Shown here piece after piece: positions 1-9,479 of a stretch of 64,000 nt of DNA; position 1 is the stretch's first letter, and each line of letters opens with the position of its first letter. Where the stretch lies: IMG/VR virus record IMGVR_UViG_3300033068_001467, positions 1 through 64,000 of that record; one strand, written 5' to 3'. Under the pieces are notes generated by a model, which did no database searches, had not been told where the DNA came from, and was given only the letters and a program-made list of their open reading frames with translations. The DNA comes from a virus. Lineage: Duplodnaviria > Caudoviricetes. Both the position numbers and the translations under genes were made by a program.

Positions 1-424
1 CTTTAGGTATTTTAAAATTAAATACTTTTATACTTCCAAAAGAAGGTAACTTAAAACCATTAAATGTTGTCTTTACAGATTTAAATGGTAAACTTTTCCA
101 TTTAGCTTTTTTAGCCCATTTTGGTTTTGAAGTTTTATTTCCTTTCTTTAAATCTGCAAAAAACTTTTTATACCCCAGTTCTAACCTTTCTAAAACTGTT
201 TGAAGTGTTTGACTGTGTGGTTTTTTAAGCCAATCAAAATCTTTTTTAGCTTCTGTAAGTTGTTTACTTAAATCGAAATAGTTAATATTTATACCTTTTT
301 TAAAAGATTCTTCTCTAACTTCAATTGCTAAATTATACACATATCTACATACCCCTATTTGCTCTTCAAACTTTCGTTCAACAGCTTTATTAGGTTTAAT
401 TTTATATGTGTACGTTTTAATCAT
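1..424 (-). CDS. tnpB: RNA-guided endonuclease TnpB (IS200/IS605 OrfB family), N-terminal part; truncated by window start
   Basis: Manual minus-strand translation from ATG at 424: MIKTYTYKIKPNKAVERKFEEQIGVCRYVYNLAIEVREESFKK...YFDLSKQLTEAKKDFDWLKKPHSQTLQTVLERLELGYKKFF...KPKW. This is the typical TnpB N-terminal (HTH_OrfB) pattern. Absent from the ORF track because it runs off the edge. Confidence 0.85.
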   Translation of the reverse strand, partial: MIKTYTYKIKPNKAVERKFEEQIGVCRYVYNLAIEVREESFKKGININYFDLSKQLTEAKKDFDWLKKPHSQTLQTVLERLELGYKKFFADLKKGNKTSKPKWAKKAKWKSLPFKSVKTTFNGFKLPSFGSIKVFNFKIPK

Positions 425-549
425 TTTTCTAAAGCTGAAAGTCTAAGATATGTTGATAATTTCAAACCTATTTTGTTTGCTTTTTCTAAAAGTATTTTTT
501 CTTCTTCTAAAGAAACTCTTACAGGTATTATTTTTTCTCTTTTTTCCAT
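421..549 (-). CDS. Small ribbon-helix-helix / MobC-like DNA-binding protein (42 aa)
   Basis: MEKREKIIPVRVSLEEEKILLEKANKIGLKLSTYLRLSALEK; its stop overlaps the tnpB start (ATGA); beta-strand plus two helices pattern. Confidence 0.6.
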   Translation of the reverse strand: MEKREKIIPVRVSLEEEKILLEKANKIGLKLSTYLRLSALEK

Positions 550-652
550 TAGTTATATTTTTATTCTACAAAAGTAACACATTAATATTACATTACCAAA
601 TTGGTTAATTTCTGTGTAATAATTAATCCCACATTGCTAAATAGAAAAGTGT

Positions 653-976
653 TCAGGGGGCATCCTTGTTAGATATATAAATTGATTTCCATTTTCCTTT
701 TTCACAGTCTTCTACTTCTTCACTTGACTTATAATAGATACTGCATCCACAGACTGAACAGCTTCCTAAATTATCTTGCTTATTTTTAAAGGTAATAAAA
801 GAGTAGAAGTCGGATAGAGCTTTAATTATTTTTATTTTGAAAGATGTCTTAGCTTGGTTTTTTGTGTTCCATTTACATATAGCACATATCTTTCTTCTCT
901 GCTCTATCCACTTTTCTATTTTTGGTTTTTTAAATCTTGAAAAGGTAATTATTTTAATCTTTTTCAGCAATTTCAT
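653..976 (-). CDS. Hypothetical Cys-rich (CxxC...CxxC) phage protein
   Basis: ORF track; ICAICKWN and CSVCGC motifs; coupled to upstream ORF. Confidence 0.6.
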   Translation of the reverse strand: MKLLKKIKIITFSRFKKPKIEKWIEQRRKICAICKWNTKNQAKTSFKIKIIKALSDFYSFITFKNKQDNLGSCSVCGCSIYYKSSEEVEDCEKGKWKSIYISNKDAP

Positions 977-1340
977 TTTGATTTAGCATTAATTCATCTT
1001 TGTTCATTCCTTTTATTCTTCTGTTTAATATTTTTCCGCCGTTTATCACTAAACTTAAAAAATTCTTTTCTTCTACAAACATAATCTCTCTTAAAAGATT
1101 GCCATATAAAATAGCTGTAAATTCTTCTTTTTCGGGCAACTTATTAAAATCAAAATACATTGTTCCTACATTTGGAATATTATATGCAGGATAATTATTT
1201 ATTTTACTTGAAGCTTTCCTAGATAAGTATTCTATATAACAATTAAGAACGTCTTCAATATCTTCTTTAGGTACTTTAGGTCTTTTTTTGTGATATAAAT
1301 CTACAATATCTTCTTTTAATAGAAATGGTTTCTCTCTCAT
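954..1340 (-). CDS. Putative HU/IHF-like DNA-binding protein
   Basis: N-terminus KEDIVDLY..KRPKVPKEDIEDVLNCYIEYL...YNIPNVGTM resembles HU helices followed by the GFGTF strand; divergent. Confidence 0.4.
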   Translation of the reverse strand: MREKPFLLKEDIVDLYHKKRPKVPKEDIEDVLNCYIEYLSRKASSKINNYPAYNIPNVGTMYFDFNKLPEKEEFTAILYGNLLREIMFVEEKNFLSLVINGGKILNRRIKGMNKDELMLNQNEIAEKD

Positions 1341-1753
1341 TATATTTTGTCAAATCCTATTAAATACATCATTTTTTCGCCGTTCCTATTCATAAAAACA
1401 TCAGATAAATTTTGCAAATCTTTTGAAAGCACTTTTAATCTTCCGTTTGTTGGATGATTATCTAAATATCCTTTATTTTTTAAAGCGTGATTTATAACAT
1501 CTAAATGCTTTTTAGTTATTTTTGTGTGGTCGTCTTTAACATTATTCTTTTTAACGTCTTTAACTATTGCATTTTTAGTCTTTGCCGAATATCCATATTT
1601 AATGTAAAACATTAGAATATCCTCTTCCTTCTCTGTTAGCTTCTGTTTTCTACTAACCAAAGAATAAATCTTAATAATTGTACTAATCAATTCCAACTCA
1701 TTTGAATATTGAAAAGTATTAAACTGATGTCGTATTTTTAATATTTCGTTCAA
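1340..1753 (-). CDS. Hypothetical protein, possible winged helix
   Basis: ORF track; KLTEKEEDILMFY...INHALKNKGYL pattern; translationally coupled. Confidence 0.55.
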   Translation of the reverse strand: MNEILKIRHQFNTFQYSNELELISTIIKIYSLVSRKQKLTEKEEDILMFYIKYGYSAKTKNAIVKDVKKNNVKDDHTKITKKHLDVINHALKNKGYLDNHPTNGRLKVLSKDLQNLSDVFMNRNGEKMMYLIGFDKI

Positions 1754-2033
1754 GATATATTTCTTTTCTTTTTAATAATCTACGTCGTACTTTTTTTAAT
1801 GCTTTAAAATAATAACCTGTCTCACAAACTATTGGGTCATCTCCGTCGCACAATAAACTAAATGCAAATCTTTGATTTCTAGGGATGTAATAAGTTAAAC
1901 CGCAAAATTCATATTGGACATATCTATTTTTTATAGTCTTAATATGTACTCCACCTTCTCTCTCAAAGAAGTCTATTACTCCTTGAATAAATCTTTGTTG
2001 CCATCTATGTATAGCGTACATTTTTACTTTCAC
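1719..2033 (-). CDS. Hypothetical protein
   Basis: ORF track; lies directly downstream of a minus-strand promoter. Confidence 0.5.
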   Translation of the reverse strand: MKVKMYAIHRWQQRFIQGVIDFFEREGGVHIKTIKNRYVQYEFCGLTYYIPRNQRFAFSLLCDGDDPIVCETGYYFKALKKVRRRLLKRKEIYLERNIKNTTSV

Positions 2034-2037
2034 TTTG

Positions 2038-2069
2038 CAAATATATTAAGAAAAATCTTAAGTTCCAAA
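2038..2069 (-). promoter_or_regulatory. Bacteroidota-type housekeeping promoter, leftward
   Basis: Minus strand reads TTTG (2069-2066) ... TATATTTG (2045-2038). Confidence 0.7.
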
Positions 2070-2125
2070 TATTTTATGTTAAAGTTTTGTTAAATGTTGT
2101 TTTGGTTACAATTAAATTAACCAAT

Positions 2126-2156
2126 TTTGCAGATTAAAACAAATATTGTATATTTG
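2126..2156 (+). promoter_or_regulatory. Bacteroidota-type promoter, rightward (divergent pair)
   Basis: TTTG 2126-2129, TATATTTG 2149-2156. Confidence 0.7.
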
Positions 2157-2160
2157 CAAT

Positions 2161-2394
2161 ATGAAATTAAACCAAGAAGATTTTTATATTGAATTATGGG
2201 AATTAGTGTCTTTTGACATAGTTAGTCAGAGGTACTTAGTGGAGTATGAAGATTTTATAAATAGTCTTTCTAGGGATTTATATTTGCAGTATTTGAAAGG
2301 GGTTTCTATGGATGTAATAGTTAATTTACTACAAATTTTCTTTTACAATTTATTTAACTCTCATAGTTCGGCAAGAAATTTAGAAGAATTTTAA
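2161..2394 (+). CDS. Hypothetical protein
   Basis: ORF track (ATG at 2161, directly after the promoter). Confidence 0.5.
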   Translation: MKLNQEDFYIELWELVSFDIVSQRYLVEYEDFINSLSRDLYLQYLKGVSMDVIVNLLQIFFYNLFNSHSSARNLEEF

Positions 2395-2581
2395 CATAAA
2401 AAATTTGCATAGTTAATTTAATTGTTGTAAGTTTGCAAAATAATAAGTCGTTACGGACGTAGTTGAGGGCTTTTGAGAACAGTATTCTCTTTGTGAAGCA
2501 TTTGACGTTATTTTATCCTTTACCTTGTGTTTGGGAACTACAGAGGTTTTATTGAGTTGCACCCGAAGCAACCTTTTAAAT

Positions 2582-2659
2582 TGCGGAGTGGAGAAGTTGG
2601 TTATCTCGTTAGTCTCATAAGCTAAAGGTCGCAGGTTCGAGTCCTGCCTCACGCTACTA
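2582..2659 (+). tRNA. tRNA-Met(CAT), initiator-like but atypical
   Basis: D-arm GAGA/TCTC, anticodon arm TTAGT-CTCATAA-GCTAA, T-arm GCAGG-TTCGAGT-CCTGC, 1:72 mismatch and A11:T24. It has an extra A in the 3' acceptor strand and ends CTA rather than CCA. Confidence 0.8.
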
Positions 2660-2879
2660 AATTGTCATTACAAAAATTGTAAGGGACGTGGTTGCCCACA
2701 GAACCGTAAATGTGGAGATTACTCATCGAAGTAATCATTTTTATAGTTTAGAATTTTTCTTTAAAAATCCGTCTTCTGTTATTCATTAGCATTAATAGCG
2801 GACGTTAAAAAAGACATTATCGGAGTTTAAAAGTATAGGTTGGAGCATACATAATAAACTAAAAAATATATAAAGACGT

Positions 2880-3300
2880 AAACTCTCTTTAGCAATGATG
2901 AACCGCTCCAACAATTAGGTTCATTTTTTGTTACTGAGAGTTTCGGCATTTTATAAAAGTAAGTAATTAGTGGTATAACACTTTAAAATAGAATTAGGCG
3001 GTACGTGTTGAACGTATCTCACCCAGGAGAAGGGAAACTGAAGTATTGGGTTAGAAGTCGGGTTAGTAGTTTCAAATAGAAACGAGGTTGTCCCCGATAG
3101 CCGAAAAAATGACTTATATATAGGTTAGTGGGCACGATAAGACGTAACATTTTGAAAAGGGTAGTTACGCAGTGTGTGGGTGTAGGAGAAAGTAATACAG
3201 TCTCTGACGTACAGCACTTAGCTGAAGATGTAAGTTAAAATCGCCTCCAAGTAATTGGAAGGTCAGGAGATGTAAAAGTCTTCAAAGGGGTTTTTTGTAT
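2880..3300 (+). ncRNA. Candidate structured non-coding RNA (unassigned)
   Basis: ORF-free, visibly GC-richer than flanks, with many hairpins: GTACGT/ACGTAT, TCGGG/CCCGA enclosing GTTTC-AAATA-GAAAC, CGTAAC/GTTACG, and CCAA-GTAA-TTGG (GNRA loop). Confidence 0.45.
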
Positions 3301-3588
3301 GCCGTCGTTATTATAACTTATGTATTAATCTTTTTCTTTATGTGCTTTATTTTTTATGGCGGAATTCTTAATTAATCAGTTTTTTGATTTACTTTGAACT
3401 TAGTTTTTCCGCCGAATTAATTAATAGCACATATTTATTTTAGCAGTTTTTTGCGCAAAACAAATAGAAGAACAGCTTTATGTTTAAAGATAATCAATAG
3501 ATACAGTAAAAAACGGAAGAGTTTGCAGATTTATTAGTTGCCTAAATTATACCTAAATGTGAAAAAAGTAAAATAAATTACTAAAAAC

Positions 3589-3619
3589 TTGTGTAATTCA
3601 AAATAATTAATTATATTTG
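3589..3619 (+). promoter_or_regulatory. Bacteroidota-type promoter
   Basis: TTG 3589, TATATTTG 3612-3619; near-identical to the promoters at 6370-6400, 11674-11704 and 48134-48164. Confidence 0.75.
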
Positions 3620-4471
3620 CAGAATAATAAAACAAAAATTATGTATAACACAAAAGAAAAAGCTAAAGAATTAATAAATAAATTCAATACAATTTTTGGA
3701 ATACAAAGTATTATGTGGCAAAGTGTTGTTAAAGAACACGCTTTAATTTGTGTAGATGAAATATTGAAAACATTTGTATCTGAGTATAATCCGAATTATG
3801 AATGTGATGAAATTAAATACTGGAAAGAAGTTAGAGAAGAAATTCTGTCTTTTTAATCTTTTTTTCCGAAAATTTAAAAATAAAAAGTATGAAAAGTAAA
3901 GAAGATTATATAGAGTTTTTCAAAGAAAAAGCAAACTATTTATCAAATAATGTAGGCTCAGGAGAATTATGGAACAGAACTGAGTTTTTTAATAAAATAG
4001 TAGGCATTTTATTAGAAGTAGCTGATACAGTACAAAAAGATACATTGGAAAATTTAAAAAATGAATCAACAAACTAAATTACACTTAGAATGGCTTTCTA
4101 TAAAATCGGCGGGCAGGAACTGCGTTCTAAAAGAAAAATACAAAGATATTTTAGATAGAGAAAAACAAAATAAATTAACAGAAGAAGATATAAAGTTTAT
4201 ACAGAAATTAGAAAGCTGTTTTCTTTAAAGAACTTTGTTCTAAATTTTTTTCGCGCAAAAAAATAAACTAAAATGACAGAAAAAATAACAGAATTAATAT
4301 TACACCATAAACTAGCTTGTGAAGAACTTACAGAGCTTATAAATGAACTTTATGGTTTAAAAGGTAAGGAAGGTATAGAACAAGAAATTGATGCCTCTAT
4401 AGAGCGTTATTCAAGCGAAAAGGCGTGGCGCAAAGTCTTCATATCTCAACTAGAAGATTTAATTTAAAATT

Positions 4472-4996
4472 ATGGAAGAAACAACAAGAGAAAAATCTTT
4501 AGATTGGTTTTTCGGCAAAAATGAAATAGAAAAACAAGAACTTAAAGAAAAATACTTTCCAAATACTTTTATTCAGTTTGATAGTCATTGGGGTTATTAT
4601 TTTACTTTTGAGCAAATAGAAGAAATGTATACTTTATCTAATAAATGTGAAACTTGCAATGGCACAGGATTGGTTGAAGGAATGGAATTTGATGATGTAT
4701 ATTCTTGTTCAAATTGTTTAGGTAAGGGTATTTTAATTAATAATAAAATTATGAATTGGACAGAACCAAAACCACCAAAACAAGGAATTAGTTATTACAA
4801 CTATATAACTTGTGAAACTCCATTAGGAAAAGCTATAATTGAATGGAAGTCATGGAAAGATAATACAAGTTACGATTTAGAAATTGATGGTAAGTTGATA
4901 GCTTGTGAATATAGTTTAGATGATGCTAAAGAAAAAGCTTTAGAATACCTAGTAGATAAGGAAAAAGATTTGAATTTATTTTTAAATGGCTACTAA
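4472..4996 (+). CDS. Hypothetical protein with DnaJ-type zinc ribbon
   Basis: CETCNGTG ... CSNCLGKG repeats. Confidence 0.6.
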   Translation: MEETTREKSLDWFFGKNEIEKQELKEKYFPNTFIQFDSHWGYYFTFEQIEEMYTLSNKCETCNGTGLVEGMEFDDVYSCSNCLGKGILINNKIMNWTEPKPPKQGISYYNYITCETPLGKAIIEWKSWKDNTSYDLEIDGKLIACEYSLDDAKEKALEYLVDKEKDLNLFLNGY

Positions 4997-5381
4997 AAAA
5001 TCCGCAGAAGAAAAACTAAAAATAAAGCAATTTCGTGACTCTTCTAGTAATTGGTGGCTTAATTCAAAACATTATCATTTAAATGAAGAAAATAAAATTA
5101 TATTTATCGCAGGAGGTATTCCTACTAAAGATGAGATTGAATTTTTAGAGGAGTTTTGTAAAAGAAATAAAAAGGTATTTAAGGACAGAGAACCTAGTAT
5201 TTTTGAAAATGAGCCTAAAGAGTATAAAGCAGTTTTTACTTTTGGAAAATACATTAATAAATCAGTAGAGGAAGTTAAAGCTATTGATGTTAAGTGGCTA
5301 AAATGGTGTAGAGATAATTTTCAATTTTCTTTGGCGCAAAAAGAATTAAAAGAACAGATAGAAGAAATACTTAAAAAGTAA
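4986..5381 (+). CDS. Hypothetical protein with C-terminal FGKY (DUF3820 / exonuclease X C-terminal-like) motif
   Basis: VFTFGKYINKSVEEV...DVKWLKWC. Confidence 0.55.
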   Translation: MATKKSAEEKLKIKQFRDSSSNWWLNSKHYHLNEENKIIFIAGGIPTKDEIEFLEEFCKRNKKVFKDREPSIFENEPKEYKAVFTFGKYINKSVEEVKAIDVKWLKWCRDNFQFSLAQKELKEQIEEILKK

Positions 5382-6369
5382 ATTGCTATGGGAAAAACTT
5401 ACAAACACAAAGGAGAAGGTAAATTTAAAAATACAGACACTCCTATAGATAAAATACATAAATCAACAGTTTTAATGTGGGATAGGCATAATTCAGATTT
5501 TGGCGAAGATAAAGAAAGACAGCTTCAAATAAAAGAAAAAATCGCGGAAAAAGAAATGAAAGAACAGTTAAATATAGATGAATACAATTTCAAACAAAAC
5601 GGAGAGTTTATAGAAGATATAGATGACCCATATTATACTTCAAAAAATAATGCAAGATAAAGATATTTTAAAAATTTATATGGAGGGGTTTAATGATGAG
5701 TTAAATGGAAAATTTGACCAAGCTAAAGTTAATCCTAATATAGATGGTAGAGCATATAATTTAGGCTCATTGCACGCCATAGTAGGAGATGATTTCAGGT
5801 CAGTTGATTATTTAAGTGATAAACAAATATTAGAAATTTTACGTAAAAAAGTTAAATAAAATGGAAAAATTTAAGACAGTACATCAAACTAAAAATGATT
5901 TAGAACAGTTTTACACTAAACCACTAACTCCAAGTGAAACATTAGAGTTAATAACTAGAACTCAAATTAAAACATTAATAAAAGCAAATCCTAATGATAC
6001 TGAATTAGGAGCTATTGTTAGAAAATTATTTTCATAATAAAAAAAAATAAAATATGATACAGGAAATGGAAATGACATACCAAGAAAAGTATGATTTATA
6101 TATGAGTTTAGAAAAAGAAAGTTTAGTTAAAATGTTAATTGAAGCTAATAGGCATTTAAGCAGTAGACCATTAACTTGGAAAAATGAAGGATTTTGCCCT
6201 GATAAAATACCTTATAATCAAATTTGTTCATGTAATCCTTTGAATGGGGGTTCAGGTGTGTGTGGGTGTACTATGGCTAATGAAATGGTTACAACTACAC
6301 CTTTTAAAACTGAGTATGTAACAGAAATAACTTATAATTCGGTGAAAAAATAATAAAAACAGTTAAAAC

Positions 6370-6400
6370 TTGCACAATTCAAAATAATTGTTTATATTTG
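6370..6400 (+). promoter_or_regulatory. Bacteroidota-type promoter
   Basis: TTG 6370, TATATTTG 6393-6400, ATG at 6405. Confidence 0.75.
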
Positions 6401-6404
6401 TAAA

Positions 6405-6845
6405 ATGATTAGAAAGAAATATAAAAAACTTGATTATAGTACAAAAGACTTAGAAAGTTTGTCTAATTCTGATTTAAAGAAAGTTGCCGATTATGAACTA
6501 CGTAATTATTTACTAAAAGGAGAAACTTATTTATGGTGTCCTATAAAAAAAAGAACCTATCATAAAGACCAAATGCATGTAGCTCATTTTATTGATAGAG
6601 GTATAATGAGTTTAAGATATGATTTAAGAAATGTACATTTAATTTCTGCTGTTTCTAATACATTTGATGCACAAGTTCAAGTTGATGGTTATAAATCAAA
6701 ACATCATAAAGAGTACGAACAGTTTTTGATTGAAGAATATGGTTTTGATGTTTTAGATTTTTTGCGCGAAAAAAGTAAAGAAATAAAGATATTTTATAAA
6801 AACGATTATATAGAAGTAATAAATAAGTTTAGAAATAATGAGTGA
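6405..6845 (+). CDS. NinG/Rap-like junction endonuclease
   Basis: KKVADYELRNY...MHVAHFIDRGIMSLRYDLRNVH...SNTF...Y..FL...YG matches the NinG family pattern (Cys ligands partly lost). Confidence 0.7.
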   Translation: MIRKKYKKLDYSTKDLESLSNSDLKKVADYELRNYLLKGETYLWCPIKKRTYHKDQMHVAHFIDRGIMSLRYDLRNVHLISAVSNTFDAQVQVDGYKSKHHKEYEQFLIEEYGFDVLDFLREKSKEIKIFYKNDYIEVINKFRNNE

Positions 6846-7251
6846 AACGCATCCATTTTATAAATTAACAGAATTAATAGATAAATTTAATAAAGAAAGA
6901 AATACTTTAGATTTAAAAGGTTTACAAGATTTACGTGAAAATATTGCACTTACATTATTCTATTTAAGTGATTCTGTTTCTATGACAATTGCAAATGCAG
7001 AATCAAACGATTTTGCAAGAAAAAGATTTTATGCAGAAAAAGAAGAATATTATAGAAATGAAATAGATGAAAGAACAGGTAAACATTATAATGTTGCAGA
7101 TTCAGAAAGAAAAGCAAGATTGGATTCAAAAAAAGTAGATGATGATTGTGCTCACGCATTTAAACAAAAAGAAAGAGCAAGATTAGTAGTTTTAGCAACT
7201 CAACAGATTTTAAACAGTATTTCAGGACGTATTGCACAATTAACCAAATGA
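6838..7251 (+). CDS. All-helical protein, possible UvsY-like recombination mediator
   Basis: 137 aa with coiled-coil character, between NinG-like and RecA; based on size and context only. Confidence 0.3.
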   Translation: MSETHPFYKLTELIDKFNKERNTLDLKGLQDLRENIALTLFYLSDSVSMTIANAESNDFARKRFYAEKEEYYRNEIDERTGKHYNVADSERKARLDSKKVDDDCAHAFKQKERARLVVLATQQILNSISGRIAQLTK

Positions 7252-7994
7252 TGAGATATAATCAAAAAAATCATAATCAATTTTTAGAAGACCTGTATAA
7301 AAATAATGAATTTTATAGAGCTAAAGATTTTATAGTTAAAGATGAGTACAAAACATGTAAAGATAAAATGTTATTAGGTACTAAATATGGTGATGTAAAA
7401 GTGAGAGCTAGTCATTTATTAAGTGGATTAAAATTTACAATAGAGTCAGCAGTAGATAAAAATGAATTTGCTAAAAATAAAATAATCGAAGTTCATGGAG
7501 ATGTATTTGATTTATCAAAAGTTAACTATACAAAGTCAAGAGATAATATAATAATAGGTTGTAGTATTCATGGATTTGTAGAAGTGCAATTTAATAATTT
7601 AATCCAGTCTAGAGGTTGCCCTAAATGTGGGAATAATTTACTTAAAGAAGAAGTAAAAAAGAATGGTGGTTGGGAACATAGTAGATGGGAAAAACAAGCT
7701 AATAATTCAAAAAATTTTGATTCATTTAAAGTTTACGTAATAAGGTGTTGGAACGAGGAAGAGGAATTTTATAAAATAGGTAAGACATTTACTACTGTTA
7801 TGAAGAGAATGAAAGGAAAATCAAAAAACAAAGTAATGCCTTATAGTTGGGAGCTTATAAAAGAGTATATTTTAAACACAGCAAAAGACGCTTGTCTTTT
7901 TGAGTTAGAAGCTAAAAAAATACATAAAAATTATAAATATATACCTAGAATAAATTTTAATGGGCGCAGAGAGTGCTTTTCAAAAATAATTTAA
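7248..7994 (+). CDS. Free-standing homing endonuclease (Zn-ribbon repeats plus C-terminal GIY-YIG/T5orf172-like domain)
   Basis: GCSIHG...RGCPKCG repeats; C-terminal KVYVIRC..EEEFYKIGKT. Confidence 0.7.
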   Translation: MMRYNQKNHNQFLEDLYKNNEFYRAKDFIVKDEYKTCKDKMLLGTKYGDVKVRASHLLSGLKFTIESAVDKNEFAKNKIIEVHGDVFDLSKVNYTKSRDNIIIGCSIHGFVEVQFNNLIQSRGCPKCGNNLLKEEVKKNGGWEHSRWEKQANNSKNFDSFKVYVIRCWNEEEEFYKIGKTFTTVMKRMKGKSKNKVMPYSWELIKEYILNTAKDACLFELEAKKIHKNYKYIPRINFNGRRECFSKII

Positions 7995-7999
7995 ATAAA

Positions 8000-9004
8000 A
8001 TGGCAAAAGAAAAAAAATCAGTTGATGGTGCATTTGAAAAAGTAGAATTCTTATATGCTCGTGGAGCTATAGTTAATTTAGATAAAAATCCAAGATTTCC
8101 CGAAAAAGTTTTAACAGGTAGACCCTCTATTGATTGGGTAACTGACGGTGGTGTACCTCGTGGAAGAGAAATACTTATTGCAGGAGAGCCTAGTGCAGGT
8201 AAAAGTTCACTTACAATACAAATAGCACAAGAAATAGGAGAAAAAATACTATACGCAGATACAGAAGCAACATTAACAACAGATTATATTATAAGTTTAG
8301 GGGCAGACCCTGCTAAATTTGACCACTTTATTCCTGAAACAACAGAATTAATGTGTGATGTTATAAGACAACAAATTCCTAACTATGATGTAATTATAAT
8401 TGATTCTATAAATAACAGTGCTAGCGGAGAACAACTACAAAAAACAGCAGGAGAAAAAACAATGGCTAACCGTGCAAACGTGTTATCTTCTCAATTACCG
8501 ATTTTAATAGGGCTTTGTAATCAGTATAACACAACTCTTATTATTTTATCACAAGTGAGAGATAACATGGATAAAGCTAACAAATATAGCCCCGATACAG
8601 TTATTCCAGGTGGGAAAAGTCTACATCATAATAGTTCAATGACTTTAGAACTTTTTAAATCCTCTAAAAAAGAAAAAGATGAAAAAGGCACTTTAGGTAA
8701 TAAAGATAAAGTAGTTGAAGGGAATATGGTACGTATTAAATGTACTAAAAATAAAGTTGGGATTGTAAATAGAGAAGTATCTGTTGAATTTACTTATGGA
8801 ATGGGGTATACTATTGAAGCAGATGTAGCTTCTTCAGCTAAAAGACTGGGTATTTTAGAAATGAAAGGAAGTTGGGTTACATATAAAGGCACTACATTAG
8901 TACAAGGTATTGATAATTTAGTTCCTATGTTGTTTGATAATCCTGAATTATTAGAAGATTTAAAATTAGAAATTTCAGAGAAAACTAAAAAAGAAACAGA
9001 ATAA
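8000..9004 (+). CDS. recA: RecA/UvsX recombinase
   Basis: TG...IDW...GGVPRG, Walker A GEPSAGKS, DTEA, Walker B IIIDSI, LSQVR, PGGKSLHH, TKNKVG; ATG at 8000 preferred. Confidence 0.95.
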   Translation: MAKEKKSVDGAFEKVEFLYARGAIVNLDKNPRFPEKVLTGRPSIDWVTDGGVPRGREILIAGEPSAGKSSLTIQIAQEIGEKILYADTEATLTTDYIISLGADPAKFDHFIPETTELMCDVIRQQIPNYDVIIIDSINNSASGEQLQKTAGEKTMANRANVLSSQLPILIGLCNQYNTTLIILSQVRDNMDKANKYSPDTVIPGGKSLHHNSSMTLELFKSSKKEKDEKGTLGNKDKVVEGNMVRIKCTKNKVGIVNREVSVEFTYGMGYTIEADVASSAKRLGILEMKGSWVTYKGTTLVQGIDNLVPMLFDNPELLEDLKLEISEKTKKETE

Positions 9005-9006
9005 AC

Positions 9007-9186
9007 ATGAAAAAATTATTATTAAGATTATTACAATTAACAGCAGAAAAAGTAATTTGTAAAACAGGAACTAAAGCTCCTTTAAGTGGTATTTGGTTAT
9101 CAGGTAAGGAGTATATTGCATTGACCAAAGGTGAACGTTTTCCACCTGGAATAGATAATTATTGGACTTTAGTAGTTTCTGTTTAA
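9007..9186 (+). CDS. YjzC-like small protein (59 aa)
   Basis: Manual translation MKKLLLRLLQLTAEKVICKTGTKAPLSGIWLSGKEYIALTKGERFPPGIDNYWTLVVSV; TG.KAP.SG.W...GERFPP motif. Confidence 0.55.
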   Translation: MKKLLLRLLQLTAEKVICKTGTKAPLSGIWLSGKEYIALTKGERFPPGIDNYWTLVVSV

Positions 9187-9479
9187 TCTTTTTCTCGAAA
9201 AATGAAAAACTCAACAACAGCATTTATACTTTTCATTATATGTATGATGGATTATTTTTGGAAATTAGAAGTACATGTATTTTTAATGGCTTGTATTTTT
9301 GCATCAACATATTTAATTACTAAAACTTTAGAAAAGAATGGAAAATAAATTAAAAGAACTAGTTTATACAGCAGTGGGGTCAGCCTCTATGTGTTGGTAT
9401 ATGACACCACAAGGAGAGTTTGATGAAAAATCTGCAAATAAAGTTGCAGAAAAATTAGTAAAAGATATAGAGGAATTAT

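Larger units (their letters stand above)
3641..6353 (+). other. Run of small co-oriented hypothetical phage ORFs
   Basis: ORFs 3641-3856, 3889-4077, 4273-4467, 4472-4996, 4986-5381, 5388-5660, 5650-5859, 6054-6353, with short or overlapping spacing. Confidence 0.7.

Noticed and set aside
359-577. Plus-strand 72-aa ORF from the track
   Set aside because: Antisense shadow of tnpB and the RHH gene.
2413-2652. Minus-strand 79-aa ORF
   Set aside because: Antisense translation of the tRNA and flanking hairpins.
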